Origin: Myxococcota bacterium
Lineage (GTDB): Bacteria; Myxococcota_A; UBA9160; UBA6930
NCBI GenBank assembly: GCA_965223415.1
Contig: OZ245002.1
Span: forward strand, 1-64,000
DNA: 64,000 nucleotides
Reading direction: 5' to 3'
Shown here: piece by piece, positions 45,977 through 55,794 of the stretch
How the letters are laid out: the number at the start of each line of letters is the position of its first letter
How positions within the stretch are numbered: position 1 is the stretch's first letter
Notes under the pieces: generated by a model
Told to the model about the DNA's origin: nothing
The model's input: only the letters and a program-made list of their open reading frames with translations
Databases searched by the model: none
Position numbers and translations under genes: made by a program

Positions 45977-47469
45977 GCGTCCGCCCAGTCCCGTGAGCGC
46001 TCCACCGCCCGCTTCCAGCCAGCGTAGAGGCTCTCGCGCCGGTCGGCGGACAGGCCCGGCTCGAAGGTCCGCGCACCGTCCAGGGTGACCGACTCCAGAA
46101 CACTGCGGTCGGACCAGAAGCCGGTGGCCAGGCCCGCCAGGGCTGCCGCGCCGAGGGCCGTCACCTCGAGCACCTTCGGCCTCCGGACGGGCACGCCGAG
46201 GACATCCGCCTGGAACTGCATCAGGAAATCGTTCTGGCAGGCACCGCCGTCGACCCGCAGGGCATCCAGCGGGAGCCCGGAATCGGCGCGCAGGCACTCG
46301 ACCACGTCCCGGCTCTGGTAGGCGATCGATTCGAGGGTGGCCCGGACCAGGTGCTCGCGGCTGGTGCCGCGGGTGAGTCCGACGATCGTTCCGCGGGCGC
46401 GCTCGTCCCAGTACGGTGCGCCGAGACCGGTGAAGGCCGGCACCAGGTAGACGCCTCCCGTGTCCGGGACCGAGCGCGCGGCCGCCTCGGTTTCCGCCGC
46501 GCTCGCCACCAGCCCGAGACCGTCGCGGAGCCACTGCACCGACGCGCCCGCTACGAAGATGCTGCCTTCGAGCGCGTAGCTCACCTGCCCGTCCAGGCCC
46601 CAGGCGATGGTAGTGACGAGACCGTTCTCGGAGACCGGTGCCTCGGCGCCGGTGTTCATCAACAGGAAGCAGCCCGTGCCGTAGGTGTTCTTGGCGCTGC
46701 CGGCGGCGAAGCAGCTCTGGCCGAAGAGCGCGGCCTGCTGATCGCCGGCGATGCCCGCCACGGGGAGGGGCGCGCCCAGCCACTCCGCGTCGGCCTCGCC
46801 GAAGACGCCGCTCGAGTCGCGTACCTCCGGAAGCAGAGCCCGCGGCAGCCGGAGCGCCTCGAGCAGGGTGTCGTCCCAGCCCCGGTCGCGGATGGCGTAG
46901 ACCATCGTGCGCGACGCGTTCGAGTACTCGGTGGCGTGGACCGCGCCCTTCGTGAGCTTCCAGAGCAGCCAGGTATCGACCGTGCCGAAGGCCAGCTCGC
47001 CGCGCTCGGCCCGGGCCTGGGCGCCCTCCACCGCGTCGAGGATGAAGCGCACCTTCGTGGCCGAGAAATAGGCGTCGATCACCAGGCCCGTGCGGCGCCG
47101 CACCTCGTCTTCGAGGCCGCGGCTGCGCAGCTCCTCGCAGATCGGCGCCGTCTGGCGGGACTGCCAGACGATCGCGGGGTGGATCGGCTCATCGGTGGCC
47201 CGGTCCCAGACGAGGGCCGTCTCGCGCTGGTTCGTGATCCCGATGGCGGCCACGTCGGCGGCGGTGGCGCCGGCCTTGGCCAGCACACCGCGTGCCGCGC
47301 GGAGCTGGCTCGACCAGATCTCCTCCGGGTCGTGCTCCACCCAGCCCGGCTTCGGGAAGTGCTGGGTGAACTCGTGCTGGTCGACCGCGGAGACGGCGCC
47401 TGCGCCGTCGAAGAGGATCGCGCGCGACGACGTGGTGCCCTGGTCGAGGGCGAGGACGAAGCGGGCCAT
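45973..47469 (-). CDS. glpK: Glycerol kinase
   Basis: [44 protein letters not shown]. Confidence 0.97.
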   Translation of the reverse strand: MARFVLALDQGTTSSRAILFDGAGAVSAVDQHEFTQHFPKPGWVEHDPEEIWSSQLRAARGVLAKAGATAADVAAIGITNQRETALVWDRATDEPIHPAIVWQSRQTAPICEELRSRGLEDEVRRRTGLVIDAYFSATKVRFILDAVEGAQARAERGELAFGTVDTWLLWKLTKGAVHATEYSNASRTMVYAIRDRGWDDTLLEALRLPRALLPEVRDSSGVFGEADAEWLGAPLPVAGIAGDQQAALFGQSCFAAGSAKNTYGTGCFLLMNTGAEAPVSENGLVTTIAWGLDGQVSYALEGSIFVAGASVQWLRDGLGLVASAAETEAAARSVPDTGGVYLVPAFTGLGAPYWDERARGTIVGLTRGTSREHLVRATLESIAYQSRDVVECLRADSGLPLDALRVDGGACQNDFLMQFQADVLGVPVRRPKVLEVTALGAAALAGLATGFWSDRSVLESVTLDGARTFEPGLSADRRESLYAGWKRAVERSRDWADA

Positions 47470-47491
47470 GACCGGATCTCCTCCCTGCGGC

Positions 47492-48727
47492 TCAGCCGAA
47501 GAGCGCCTCGACGAACTCGTCGGCCGAGAAGTCGCGCAGGTCGTCCGCGCCCTCGCCCACGCCGACGAAGCGCACCGGGATCGCAAACTCCTCGGCCAGG
47601 CCGACGATCACACCGCCCTTGGCGGTGCCGTCGAGCTTGGTCAGCACGAGGCCGGTGACCGGTGCGGCCTGGGTGAACTCCCGGGCCTGGGAGATGGCGT
47701 TCTGACCGGTGTTGGCGTCGAGCACGAGCAACGTCTCGTGGGGTGCCTCGGGCAGCTCCTTGGCGATCACCCGCGCGATCTTCGCCAGCTCCTCCATGAG
47801 CGGCGCCTTGGTCTGGAGCCTTCCGGCGGTGTCGATGAGGGCGACCTCGACGCCGCGGGCACGGGCCGCCTTCACCGTGTCGAAGGCGACGGCGGCCGGA
47901 TCGCCGCCGTCGGCGCCGGTCACGACGTCGCAGCCCACCCGCTCGCCCCAGGTCTGGAGCTGCTCCCGGGCGGCGGCCCGAAAGGTGTCGCCGGCGCCCA
48001 GGATCACGCTGTGGCCGAGTGCCCGGTAGCGCGCCGCGAGCTTGCCGATGGTCGTCGTCTTGCCCGAGCCGTTCACGCCGAGCACGAGCACGACGTGGGG
48101 AGAGCCGGCGACGCGGGGACCCGGCTCCTCGGGCTCCACGCCCGACAGGCGGGAGGAGATGCCTTCGCGAAGGATCTCGCGCACCCGCTCCGGCGGCTCG
48201 CCGCGAGCGCTGCTGCGCACCTGCTCGAGCAGGCCCTCGGCGGTCTTGACGCCCAGGTCGGCGGTGAACAGCAACGCCTCCAGCTCCTCGAGCAGCCCGT
48301 CGTCGACGGTGCTGCCGCCCAGGAGACCGCCGAGACGACCGACCAGCGCCTCCTGGGTGCGGGCGAGCCGCTCGCGCAGGGAGATGCGAGCGGACTCGGG
48401 GGCTCGCTCCCGAACGGGAGCCGGCTCGGGCTCGGCGACCGACTCGGGAGCCGCAGCGGTGACCGACTCGGGAGCCGCAGCGGCGACGGGCTCCGGTGCG
48501 GGGGCGACCTCCGCCGCGGTCGGCGCCGGCCGCTCCTCCGGCAGCGGCTCCGCCGCGGGAGCCGGCGGCTCGACCTGCGGCGGCGCCTCGAGAGCCGCCG
48601 CCTCCGGCGTCTCGCCCCGGAGCAGCCCCCAGATCAGGAACGGCAGCGGCACCGCAAAGGCCATCAGCGGAAGCCAGCCCGCCCAGGCGGTTGCCCAGAC
48701 TCCGAAGGAGTGCAGCAGCTCTTGCAT
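47492..48727 (-). CDS. ftsY: SRP receptor FtsY with N-terminal hydrophobic anchor
   Basis: [32 protein letters not shown]. Confidence 0.96.
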   Translation of the reverse strand: MQELLHSFGVWATAWAGWLPLMAFAVPLPFLIWGLLRGETPEAAALEAPPQVEPPAPAAEPLPEERPAPTAAEVAPAPEPVAAAAPESVTAAAPESVAEPEPAPVRERAPESARISLRERLARTQEALVGRLGGLLGGSTVDDGLLEELEALLFTADLGVKTAEGLLEQVRSSARGEPPERVREILREGISSRLSGVEPEEPGPRVAGSPHVVLVLGVNGSGKTTTIGKLAARYRALGHSVILGAGDTFRAAAREQLQTWGERVGCDVVTGADGGDPAAVAFDTVKAARARGVEVALIDTAGRLQTKAPLMEELAKIARVIAKELPEAPHETLLVLDANTGQNAISQAREFTQAAPVTGLVLTKLDGTAKGGVIVGLAEEFAIPVRFVGVGEGADDLRDFSADEFVEALFG

Positions 48728-48758
48728 GGGGCGCGGAGGATAACAACCCCGCCCCGGT

Positions 48759-49220
48759 CTAGGTCAGCGCCTCCAGGGCCTGGAGCGCCTCCCGCGCGTG
48801 GTGGGAGATGTCGAGCTCGGCGGTGATCACGCGCCGCACGATCCCGTCGCGGTCGATCACCACGGTGGCGCGCTTGTTCGGCAGCCACCCTCCGGCCCGC
48901 GCGAAGCCGTAGGCCTTCGCGATCCGGCCCTCCGCATCGCTGAGGAGCGGGTACGGCAGCTCCAGGGCCTCGGCGAAGGACGCGTGACGATCCTCATCGT
49001 CGTTGCTGACGCCGACGACCTCGGCGCCGAGCGCGGTGAACTCCGGATAGCGTCCCCGGAAGTCCCGCGCCTCGATCGTTCAGCCAGGCGTGAAGTCCTT
49101 CACGTAGAAGAAGAGCACGACCGGCTGCTGGCCCACGAAGTCGTCGAGGGAGAGGGTGCCACCCGTTGAGGTTCGGCCCTCGAAGACCGGCGCCCTGGCG
49201 CCTTCGGCGAGGGTGGCCAC
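48759..49220 (-). CDS. BCP/PrxQ peroxiredoxin with in-frame TGA at the peroxidatic site (probable selenocysteine, 153 aa)
   Basis: VVLFFYVKDFTPG-TGA-TIEARDFR...VVGVS...YPLLSD...KRATVVIDRDG; frame open on both sides of TGA 49080-49082. Confidence 0.85.
49038..49065 (-). promoter_or_regulatory. Putative bacterial SECIS hairpin
   Basis: GGAC(U)UCCGGG-GACGCUA-UCCGGAGUUC; stem begins at +15 after UGA, bulged U, loop starts with G. Confidence 0.6.
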
Positions 49221-49222
49221 CG

Positions 49223-49822
49223 CTAGCTGGCCTCGCGCTCGCGCTCCCAGCAGTAGACACGCATGGGGGGCACGTTGCGCAGCTCGGTCTGGACGCGGGC
49301 ACGACCGAAGACACGACGCCCGAGGGTGTGGACCTTGTCGCGCACCTGGTAGGCCACGAAGCGCCCCCCCGGTACCAGACTGGCGTGGACCTCTTCGACG
49401 ATCGCGGTGCCCAGGGCGGGAGGCATCGTGGAGAACGGAATGCCTGAGATGATTGCGTCCGCGGCCGCGAAGCCGTGCTTCGCGAGGGCCGAGCGGATGT
49501 CCGCGGCGCTGCCTTCGTGAACGCGAAGCCTGGGGTCGCGCAGATCCCGCTCGAGCACCTTCACGAAGTCCGGATTGATCTCGATCGCGATCAGCGTCGC
49601 ATCGGCCGGCAGCGCCCGAAGCAGCGCGCGGGTCGAGCCCCCGGTGCCCGGCCCCAGCTCCACCACCACCCGCGCCTGCGCGAGCCCGGCCGCGCGCACG
49701 ACCCGCCTCTCGAGGAAGCGCGAGCTCGGGATCACCGACCCCACTTCCTTCGGACGGTCGAGGAACCCGCGGAAGAAGTCGACGGGTCGGTCCTGGCGCA
49801 CGGCCTTCAGTCGCTGCAGCAC
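49223..49822 (-). CDS. SAM-dependent lipid N-methyltransferase (PmtA/OlsG-like)
   Basis: VGSVIPSS, VVELGPGTG, ISGIPF, FVAYQ, NVPP; AGGAG RBS before GTG 49822. Confidence 0.85.
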   Translation of the reverse strand: MLQRLKAVRQDRPVDFFRGFLDRPKEVGSVIPSSRFLERRVVRAAGLAQARVVVELGPGTGGSTRALLRALPADATLIAIEINPDFVKVLERDLRDPRLRVHEGSAADIRSALAKHGFAAADAIISGIPFSTMPPALGTAIVEEVHASLVPGGRFVAYQVRDKVHTLGRRVFGRARVQTELRNVPPMRVYCWEREREAS

Positions 49823-49934
49823 GGGGGGACTCCTGGTCAGTCGGCGCGCGCATGCTAGCAATGCCCTTCGGAACCGTCCGCGTGGGCGATTCCCTCCGTG
49901 CCAACCCGCCCCAATCGTCAACGAGAGGCCCGCC

Positions 49935-50378
49935 ATGTCCGCCGAAACGCTGTTCCTCGTCTGCAACAACGGGGTCCTCCCCGCCTGGCTTCTGCTTGCC
50001 CTCGCCCCTCGGTGGACATGGACCGAGCGCATGGTCCACGCCATCTGGATCCCCGGCCTCCTGGCCGTCGCCTACGGCTTCGCCATCGTCCAGGGCCTGG
50101 CGGGCGGCCCGGAAGAGGCCAGCTTCACGAGCCTCCCGGGCGTGATGGCTCTCTTCACCGAGCCCTGGGCCGCCCTCGGTGGCTGGATCCACTACCTGGC
50201 GTTCGACTTGTTCGTCGGCGCGTGGGAGGTGCGGGATGCACGGCGTCGGGGAATCGCCCAGGGGTGGGTCGTGCCTTGCCTGGTGCTGACGTTGATGCTC
50301 GGGCCGCTGGGGTTGCTGGGGTACTTCGGCGTGCGGTTCGGGGTTGGGCGGGAGGTCTCTCTGGAAGAGGGGCGGTAG
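49935..50378 (+). CDS. DUF4281/ABA4-like membrane protein
   Basis: GWIHYLAFDLFVG, LTLMLGPLGLL. Confidence 0.88.
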   Translation: MSAETLFLVCNNGVLPAWLLLALAPRWTWTERMVHAIWIPGLLAVAYGFAIVQGLAGGPEEASFTSLPGVMALFTEPWAALGGWIHYLAFDLFVGAWEVRDARRRGIAQGWVVPCLVLTLMLGPLGLLGYFGVRFGVGREVSLEEGR

Positions 50379-50379
50379 G

Positions 50380-50995
50380 ACGTTGGGTTTCGGTCGATCG
50401 GGTCGGGTCGGCGGTGCCGGCTTGGGTTCGGTTCGGACTGGGGGCGGCCGTGGAGGTGCCGGCTGCCTTCTTGCCTGTGGGCGCGGAGGGAGCGCGCCGC
50501 CTCGGGCGCGGGGTTTGGCCCGCCGTGCTTCGAGAGGGAATCGCCTTGGGGACCGCGCGGAGTGCGGCCCCCGTCGCGCTTTCCCTGCCACGTCACCCTG
50601 AAGGTGCGCGAGGGCGTGCCTTCCCTGCGGAGCGTGGCGCTCGTCCGGGAGCTCGAGCGGTCGTTCGCGAAGGCCTGCGAGCGCGGGGACTTCCGGCTCG
50701 CCCACGACGCGATCCAGGGCAACCGCGTCCATCTGATCGTCGAAGCCAAGGACGTGGAGGCTCTGGGGCGGGGGATGAAGGCCCTCGGGTCCCGGCTGGC
50801 GCGGGCCGTCACCTCGTCGTCCTCCGGTCTCCGACGCAGGTGCGGAATGCCATCCGCTGCGTGCTCCTGAACGCCCGGCGGCACCTGCGGCGAACGACCG
50901 GGGCCGTGCGCCCATCCCAGGCCGAGCCTGACCGGACCCCCGGATCCCCGAGCCGAACCCAAGGCGCAGGTTGCCGACCCCGCTCGGTCGAACGC
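50380..50995 (+). mobile_element. Decayed RAYT-type element with inverted ends
   Basis: cttgggttcggttcgg (50421-50436) is inverted to ccgagccgaacccaag (~50948-50963); the left flank matches the reverse complement of 14150-14240. Confidence 0.7.
50562..50890 (+). pseudogene. RAYT transposase fragment, inactivated
   Basis: High similarity to 13429-14116, but HVH is RVH, the catalytic Tyr is Cys, and there is an internal deletion with frameshift near 50810. Confidence 0.82.
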
Positions 50996-50998
50996 GGC

Positions 50999-51886
50999 TC
51001 AGCCCTGCAGCGCCGCGCCGAGCGCCTCGTTGAAGATCCGGAAGGCCTGGGCTGCGGTGCGCGGATCCCTCGGGTCGGCGCCGTGGGGGGCGCCGGGGGC
51101 GTTGTAGAGCTCGACGTCGATGCCTGCGGCCATGAGGCGCATCGCGTACTGGATGCCCTCGTCCCGGAGGGGATCGAGCCCGTTGGTCTGGATGGTCGCG
51201 GGCGGGAGGCCGGAGAGGTCCTCGGCGCGGGCGGGGGCCGCGTACGGGGAGGTCTTCTCGCGGTCGGCGTGCTCACCCAGGTAGTGCAGCCACATCCCGA
51301 TCGCTTCGCGGCCCGAGAAGCCGAGGCCGGGCTCGGCCTGGGCGTGGGAGGGCTGGCCCAGGCGGTCGTCGAGCACCGGGATCATGAGGCCCTGATGGGC
51401 GATGGGCGGGCCCCGGCGGTCGCGGCTCATCAGGCACAGGGCGGCTGCAAGTGCGCCGCCCGCGCTGCCGCCGGTGACGACGAGGCGGGAGGGATCGGCG
51501 CCGAGCGCCTCGCCGTTCGCGGCCGCCCACTCGAGGGCGGCATAGCAATCCTCGGGCGCGGCGGGGAACGGGTGCTCGGGCGCGAGCCGGTAGTCGACGC
51601 TCACCACCACGCACCCGAGATCGAGCGCCCACCCCGCCTCGAGGCCCTCGAAGTTCTCCGGGTGGAGGATGCAGAAGCCGCCGCCGTGTGCGTGGAGCAG
51701 CACCGGGAGGTCGTTCGCGGCGCCCCGGGGCCGGCGCACGACGAGGCGCACGTCGGGGGCGCCGTCGGGACCGGGAACGAAGCGCTCCTCGCTATCGAGG
51801 GCCGCACGCTGCGCGTCCGACATCGGGATGCGGATCTCGTCGATCGCGTCCCGGTCGATGGGCCAGTAGTCGTGGGCGCGGGGCAT
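50999..51886 (-). CDS. HSL-family (family IV) esterase
   Basis: HGGG, VDYRLAPEHPFPA, GGSAG, DPLRDEG, HG. Confidence 0.92.
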   Translation of the reverse strand: MPRAHDYWPIDRDAIDEIRIPMSDAQRAALDSEERFVPGPDGAPDVRLVVRRPRGAANDLPVLLHAHGGGFCILHPENFEGLEAGWALDLGCVVVSVDYRLAPEHPFPAAPEDCYAALEWAAANGEALGADPSRLVVTGGSAGGALAAALCLMSRDRRGPPIAHQGLMIPVLDDRLGQPSHAQAEPGLGFSGREAIGMWLHYLGEHADREKTSPYAAPARAEDLSGLPPATIQTNGLDPLRDEGIQYAMRLMAAGIDVELYNAPGAPHGADPRDPRTAAQAFRIFNEALGAALQG

Positions 51887-51913
51887 CGCGGCGGCGCTTC
51901 CTCACTCGCGCCC

Positions 51914-54900
51914 TCAGTGCACCTCGACCGCCACGAGCTTCGAGACGCCCTTCTCCTCCATGGTCACGCCGTAGAGGATGTCCGCGATCTCGATGGTGCG
52001 CTTGTTGTGGGTGATCAGGAGGAACTGGGAGGCCAGGGCCATCTCCTTCACGATCTCGTTGAAGCGACCGACGTTGGCGTCGTCGAGGGCGGCGTCCACC
52101 TCGTCCAGCAGGAAGAAGGGTGAGGGGCGCACCTGGAACACGGAGACCAGCAGCGCGATGGCGGTCATCGTCTTCTCGCCGCCGGAGAGCAGGTTCACAC
52201 TCTGGAGCCGCTTGCCCGGGGGCTGCGCCATGATCTCGATGCCCGCCTCGAGCACGTCCTCGCTCTCGGTGAGGCCCAGACTCGCCTTGCCGCCGCGGAA
52301 GAGCCGCGGGAAGTTCTTTTCGAAGCGCTCCTTCACCGCGTCGAAGGTCTCCCGGAAGCGGCGGCGGCTGGTGCGGTTGATGCGGGCGATGGCGTCGCGG
52401 AGCTGGGCCACGCTGCTCTCGAGATCTCCTTTCTGCTCGGTGAGGAAGCGGAAGCGCTCGCGCAGCTCCTCGTGCTCCTCGATCGCGCCCAGGTTGACCT
52501 CGCCGATCGCCTCGATGCGCTTGCGCACGTCGGCCAGACGCTCCCGGCGGCCGTCCATGTCGAGGGCCATCAGCTCGGCGATCTCCCGGGCTTCCTTGCG
52601 GGCGTCGCGGTCTTCGGCGGAAGAGCTCTGGGGCAATGCGAGGCCATCTGCATCAGCGACGCCCTCGCCACTGGATACCGGCAACGTCTCCAGGTCGGCT
52701 GCCGGCTCTGTCTCCGCTTCGGGCTCCTCGTCGGTGGCGAGGGCGGGGGCCGGCGGCTTCCAGTGCACAATGTCGACGTTCCACTTCTCGCGGATCGACT
52801 CGTCGAGGTGCTGGAGGCGCAGCTCCTGCTCCCGCAGGCCCAGCTCCGCCTGCTGAGCCTCGTCGCGGCGGGCCTCCAGGTCGATGCGCACGCCCCGCGC
52901 CTCCTCCTCGAGCTCGCGGACCAGGGCGGCCTGCTGCTCGTAGGCGTCGCGCTTCTCCTCGTTGCCGAGCCGCGCGGTCTCCTCCTCCTGCAGGCGCTCG
53001 GTGAGCAGGCGCTCGGCCTCGGCGATGCGATCGGCCAGCTCGCCGCGCCGGCTTTCGGCGGTCTGGATCTCCGCGTCGCGGCGCTGGATCCAGCCGCGGC
53101 TCTCACGGACCGCGGCCTCGGCGCGCTCGAGGGCGCTTCGCAGGCGGGTCGCCCCCTCCTCTCGACCCTCGTGGAGCACCCGCCGCTCGGTCGCGACGGC
53201 CTCGAGCCGCGAGAGCTCGCGGCTCGAGGACCCGATCTGCAGCGTCATCTGCTCGAGGGCGCGCTGGCGGCGGCCCCGGTCTTCCCGTTCGCCGGTGAGG
53301 CGTCGCTCGAGGCTCTGCCGCTCTTCCTCGATGGCCTCCACCTCGGCCAGGAGATCCGAGCGCTCGGCGACCCGGCCCTCCTGAGCCTCCCCGATCGCCT
53401 TCACCCGTTCGCGGGTGCGCTCCAGGTCCTTCTCGTGGTTGGCCACCGCAAGGGCCGCCGTGTGGTGGCGGTTGCGCAGGTTCTCGAGCTCGTCGGACGC
53501 GGCGGCCAGGCGCTCCTCGGCGCTGCGCTGGGCTCCTTCCTGCTGGCTCACCTCCCGCTCGAGACTCGCGACCTCGTCCCCCAGCTCCCGCACCTCCCGA
53601 ACCCGGGTGAGGATGCCGGTCTGGGAGGCATCGCCGCCGCCGCGAACCACACCATCCGGTGTCAGCAGGTCACCGGAGGGCGTCACGAAGGTGCACGGGA
53701 TCGTGCCGCGCCCGTACAGCTCGATCGGCTCGGCCAGGCTCTCGACCAGGTTCACCCGGCCGAGCAGCGAATGGGCCACCGCCTCGGAGCCGGGCCGCGG
53801 GCGCACGCGGCGCAGCAGCGGCTCGCCCAGGGGCACGAAGCCCTGGGGCCCCGGATCGCCGTCGCGGGCGAGCACGAGCACCGCCCGGCCCGCCGAGGCG
53901 TGGCGCAGGGAGGCCAGCGCATCGAGGGCCCGCGGGCCGTCCTCGACCACGAGCGCCTCGGCCCGTTCGGCCAGCACGGCTTCCACGGCCTTCTCGATCC
54001 CGGCGTCCGCGTCGAAGGCGTCTCGCACGAGGCCCCGCAGACCGAGCCGGCGACGCTCGTCGTCGCCGAGACGCAGCAGGTGCCGCGCGCCCTGCCCCAC
54101 GTCTTCCTGGCGGGCCAGGAGCTCCTGCAGCGAGGTGAGACGGGCGCGGCGGGTTTCCCGGAGCTCGCGACGGGCGGCGAGCTGCTCGCCGGCGACCCGC
54201 GCCGCCTCCACGGCCTCGGCGTGGCCCGAGAGGGCCTCCCGGACCAGACCCATCAGGCGGTCGCGCTCGGCGAGCAGATTGCGGAGCCCCTCTTCCAGGG
54301 CCTGCTGCTCCTGGTCGGCACGGGTGGCCTCGCCCTGCTGCACCTCGAGCTGCTCGTCGGCGCTTCGCAGGCGGCCGTCGATCTCGGCGCGCCGGTCCGC
54401 CAGGGCGGCCAGCCGGTCCTCGACCCGGGCGACCCCGGTGAGCACCTCGACCAGCCCCTGGTTCTGGGCGTCGCGCTGCTGCTCGAGGCCGCGCAGGGCC
54501 TGCTCTCCGCTCCGCGCCTCACCCTCGGCGAGGCGCATCGCCTCGCCGGCTTCGGAGAGCGCCGTCTCCACGCCACGCAGCTCGTCGCCGACCCGACCGG
54601 CCTCCTCGAGCGCCGTCGTCAGCTGGCCCTGGAGCTGCTCCCTCTCCCGGGCCCGGGCCTCGTTGGCCTCGGCCAGGGAGGCCCGCTCCCGGCGCTCGTA
54701 GGCCATCTGGCTCTCGAGCTCCTTGATCTGGCCCCGCAGCTGGAAGAGCACCTCGTTGCCCTGGCCCAGCTCCCGCTCCCGGTCGGCGAGATCGACGCGG
54801 CGCTGCTCGAGGCCGGCCTCCCGCTCCTGGAGCCGGGTCTCGGCCTCGGTCGCGGCGTCGCGGAGCGAGCGCAGGTGGAGCCGCCCCTGCTCGAGCTCGT

Positions 54901-55624
54901 GGGTGAGCTCGGCGCGCTCGTCCGCGGCCAAGGAGAGCTCGAGGAGCCGCTGGATCTCGCGCAGGCGCTTGAAGCGGGCCGCCTTCTTCGCCTGGCGCTC
55001 GATGGAGGAGATCTGGCGCTTGATCTCGCCGAGCACGTCGCGGACCCGCGTGAGGTTCGTGTCGGTGGCCTCGAGCTTGCGTTCGGCCTCGCGGCGGCGG
55101 GCCTTGTACTTGCTGATGCCGGCGGCCTCTTCGATCAGGCTGCGCCGCTCCTCGGGCTTGGCGGAGACGATCTCGGCGATCCGACCCTGCTCGACGATCG
55201 TGTAGCCCTTGGTGCCGATGCCGGTATCGCGGAAGAAGTCCTGGACGTCCCGCAGTCGCACCGGCGTCTTGTTGATCAGGTACTCGCTCTCGCCGGAGCG
55301 GTAGAGCCGCCGGGCCACGGCAATCTCGGAGAAGGAGGCGTACTCCGCCGGCGCCAGGCCGTCGGCGTTGTCGAAGGTGAGCACCACCTCCGCCAGACCC
55401 ACGGGCGAGCGGGCGTCGGAGCCCGCGAAGATGACGTCCTCCATCCCCTTGCCCCGCAGCCGGCGGGGTGACTGCTCGCCCATGGCCCAGCGGATGGCGT
55501 CGACGACGTTGGACTTGCCACAGCCGTTGGGGCCGACGATGCCGGTGATGCCCGGCTGGAAGGAGAACGCCGTTTTATCGACGAAGGACTTGAACCCCGT
55601 GATCTGCAGCGACTTGACGCGCAA
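51914..55624 (-). CDS. smc: Chromosome segregation protein SMC
   Basis: GFKSF, GPNGCGKSN, coiled coils and hinge, LSGGEK, LDEVDAALD, ITH. Confidence 0.97.
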   Translation of the reverse strand: MRVKSLQITGFKSFVDKTAFSFQPGITGIVGPNGCGKSNVVDAIRWAMGEQSPRRLRGKGMEDVIFAGSDARSPVGLAEVVLTFDNADGLAPAEYASFSEIAVARRLYRSGESEYLINKTPVRLRDVQDFFRDTGIGTKGYTIVEQGRIAEIVSAKPEERRSLIEEAAGISKYKARRREAERKLEATDTNLTRVRDVLGEIKRQISSIERQAKKAARFKRLREIQRLLELSLAADERAELTHELEQGRLHLRSLRDAATEAETRLQEREAGLEQRRVDLADRERELGQGNEVLFQLRGQIKELESQMAYERRERASLAEANEARAREREQLQGQLTTALEEAGRVGDELRGVETALSEAGEAMRLAEGEARSGEQALRGLEQQRDAQNQGLVEVLTGVARVEDRLAALADRRAEIDGRLRSADEQLEVQQGEATRADQEQQALEEGLRNLLAERDRLMGLVREALSGHAEAVEAARVAGEQLAARRELRETRRARLTSLQELLARQEDVGQGARHLLRLGDDERRRLGLRGLVRDAFDADAGIEKAVEAVLAERAEALVVEDGPRALDALASLRHASAGRAVLVLARDGDPGPQGFVPLGEPLLRRVRPRPGSEAVAHSLLGRVNLVESLAEPIELYGRGTIPCTFVTPSGDLLTPDGVVRGGGDASQTGILTRVREVRELGDEVASLEREVSQQEGAQRSAEERLAAASDELENLRNRHHTAALAVANHEKDLERTRERVKAIGEAQEGRVAERSDLLAEVEAIEEERQSLERRLTGEREDRGRRQRALEQMTLQIGSSSRELSRLEAVATERRVLHEGREEGATRLRSALERAEAAVRESRGWIQRRDAEIQTAESRRGELADRIAEAERLLTERLQEEETARLGNEEKRDAYEQQAALVRELEEEARGVRIDLEARRDEAQQAELGLREQELRLQHLDESIREKWNVDIVHWKPPAPALATDEEPEAETEPAADLETLPVSSGEGVADADGLALPQSSSAEDRDARKEAREIAELMALDMDGRRERLADVRKRIEAIGEVNLGAIEEHEELRERFRFLTEQKGDLESSVAQLRDAIARINRTSRRRFRETFDAVKERFEKNFPRLFRGGKASLGLTESEDVLEAGIEIMAQPPGKRLQSVNLLSGGEKTMTAIALLVSVFQVRPSPFFLLDEVDAALDDANVGRFNEIVKEMALASQFLLITHNKRTIEIADILYGVTMEEKGVSKLVAVEVH

Positions 55625-55794
55625 CTGAACCTCAGAACCCCTCGGGACGCCGCAGGCTGGAGGTCCTTGCGGCCACCCGGGGGGGCGGATGGGAGCTGGC
55701 TCAGGCTTGGGGGTGCCGTCTAGTTAACAGGCCGTGCGGAGGAGGCGCAAGCACGGGGCCCGGGGCCACCCCCGGGGAGTCGTCGGCGCGCCCC

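Noticed and set aside
49080..49082. TGA as a simple nonsense mutation (Prx pseudogene)
   Set aside because: It falls exactly on the catalytic Cys, has a SECIS-like hairpin and an undecayed downstream frame; not fully excluded without the sel genes
49888..49906. TTGGCACG as a sigma54 promoter for the methyltransferase
   Set aside because: No TTGC -12 element at the required spacing
55700..55760. Possible smc promoter TTGCGC-17 bp-TTAACT
   Set aside because: Match too weak to report as a feature
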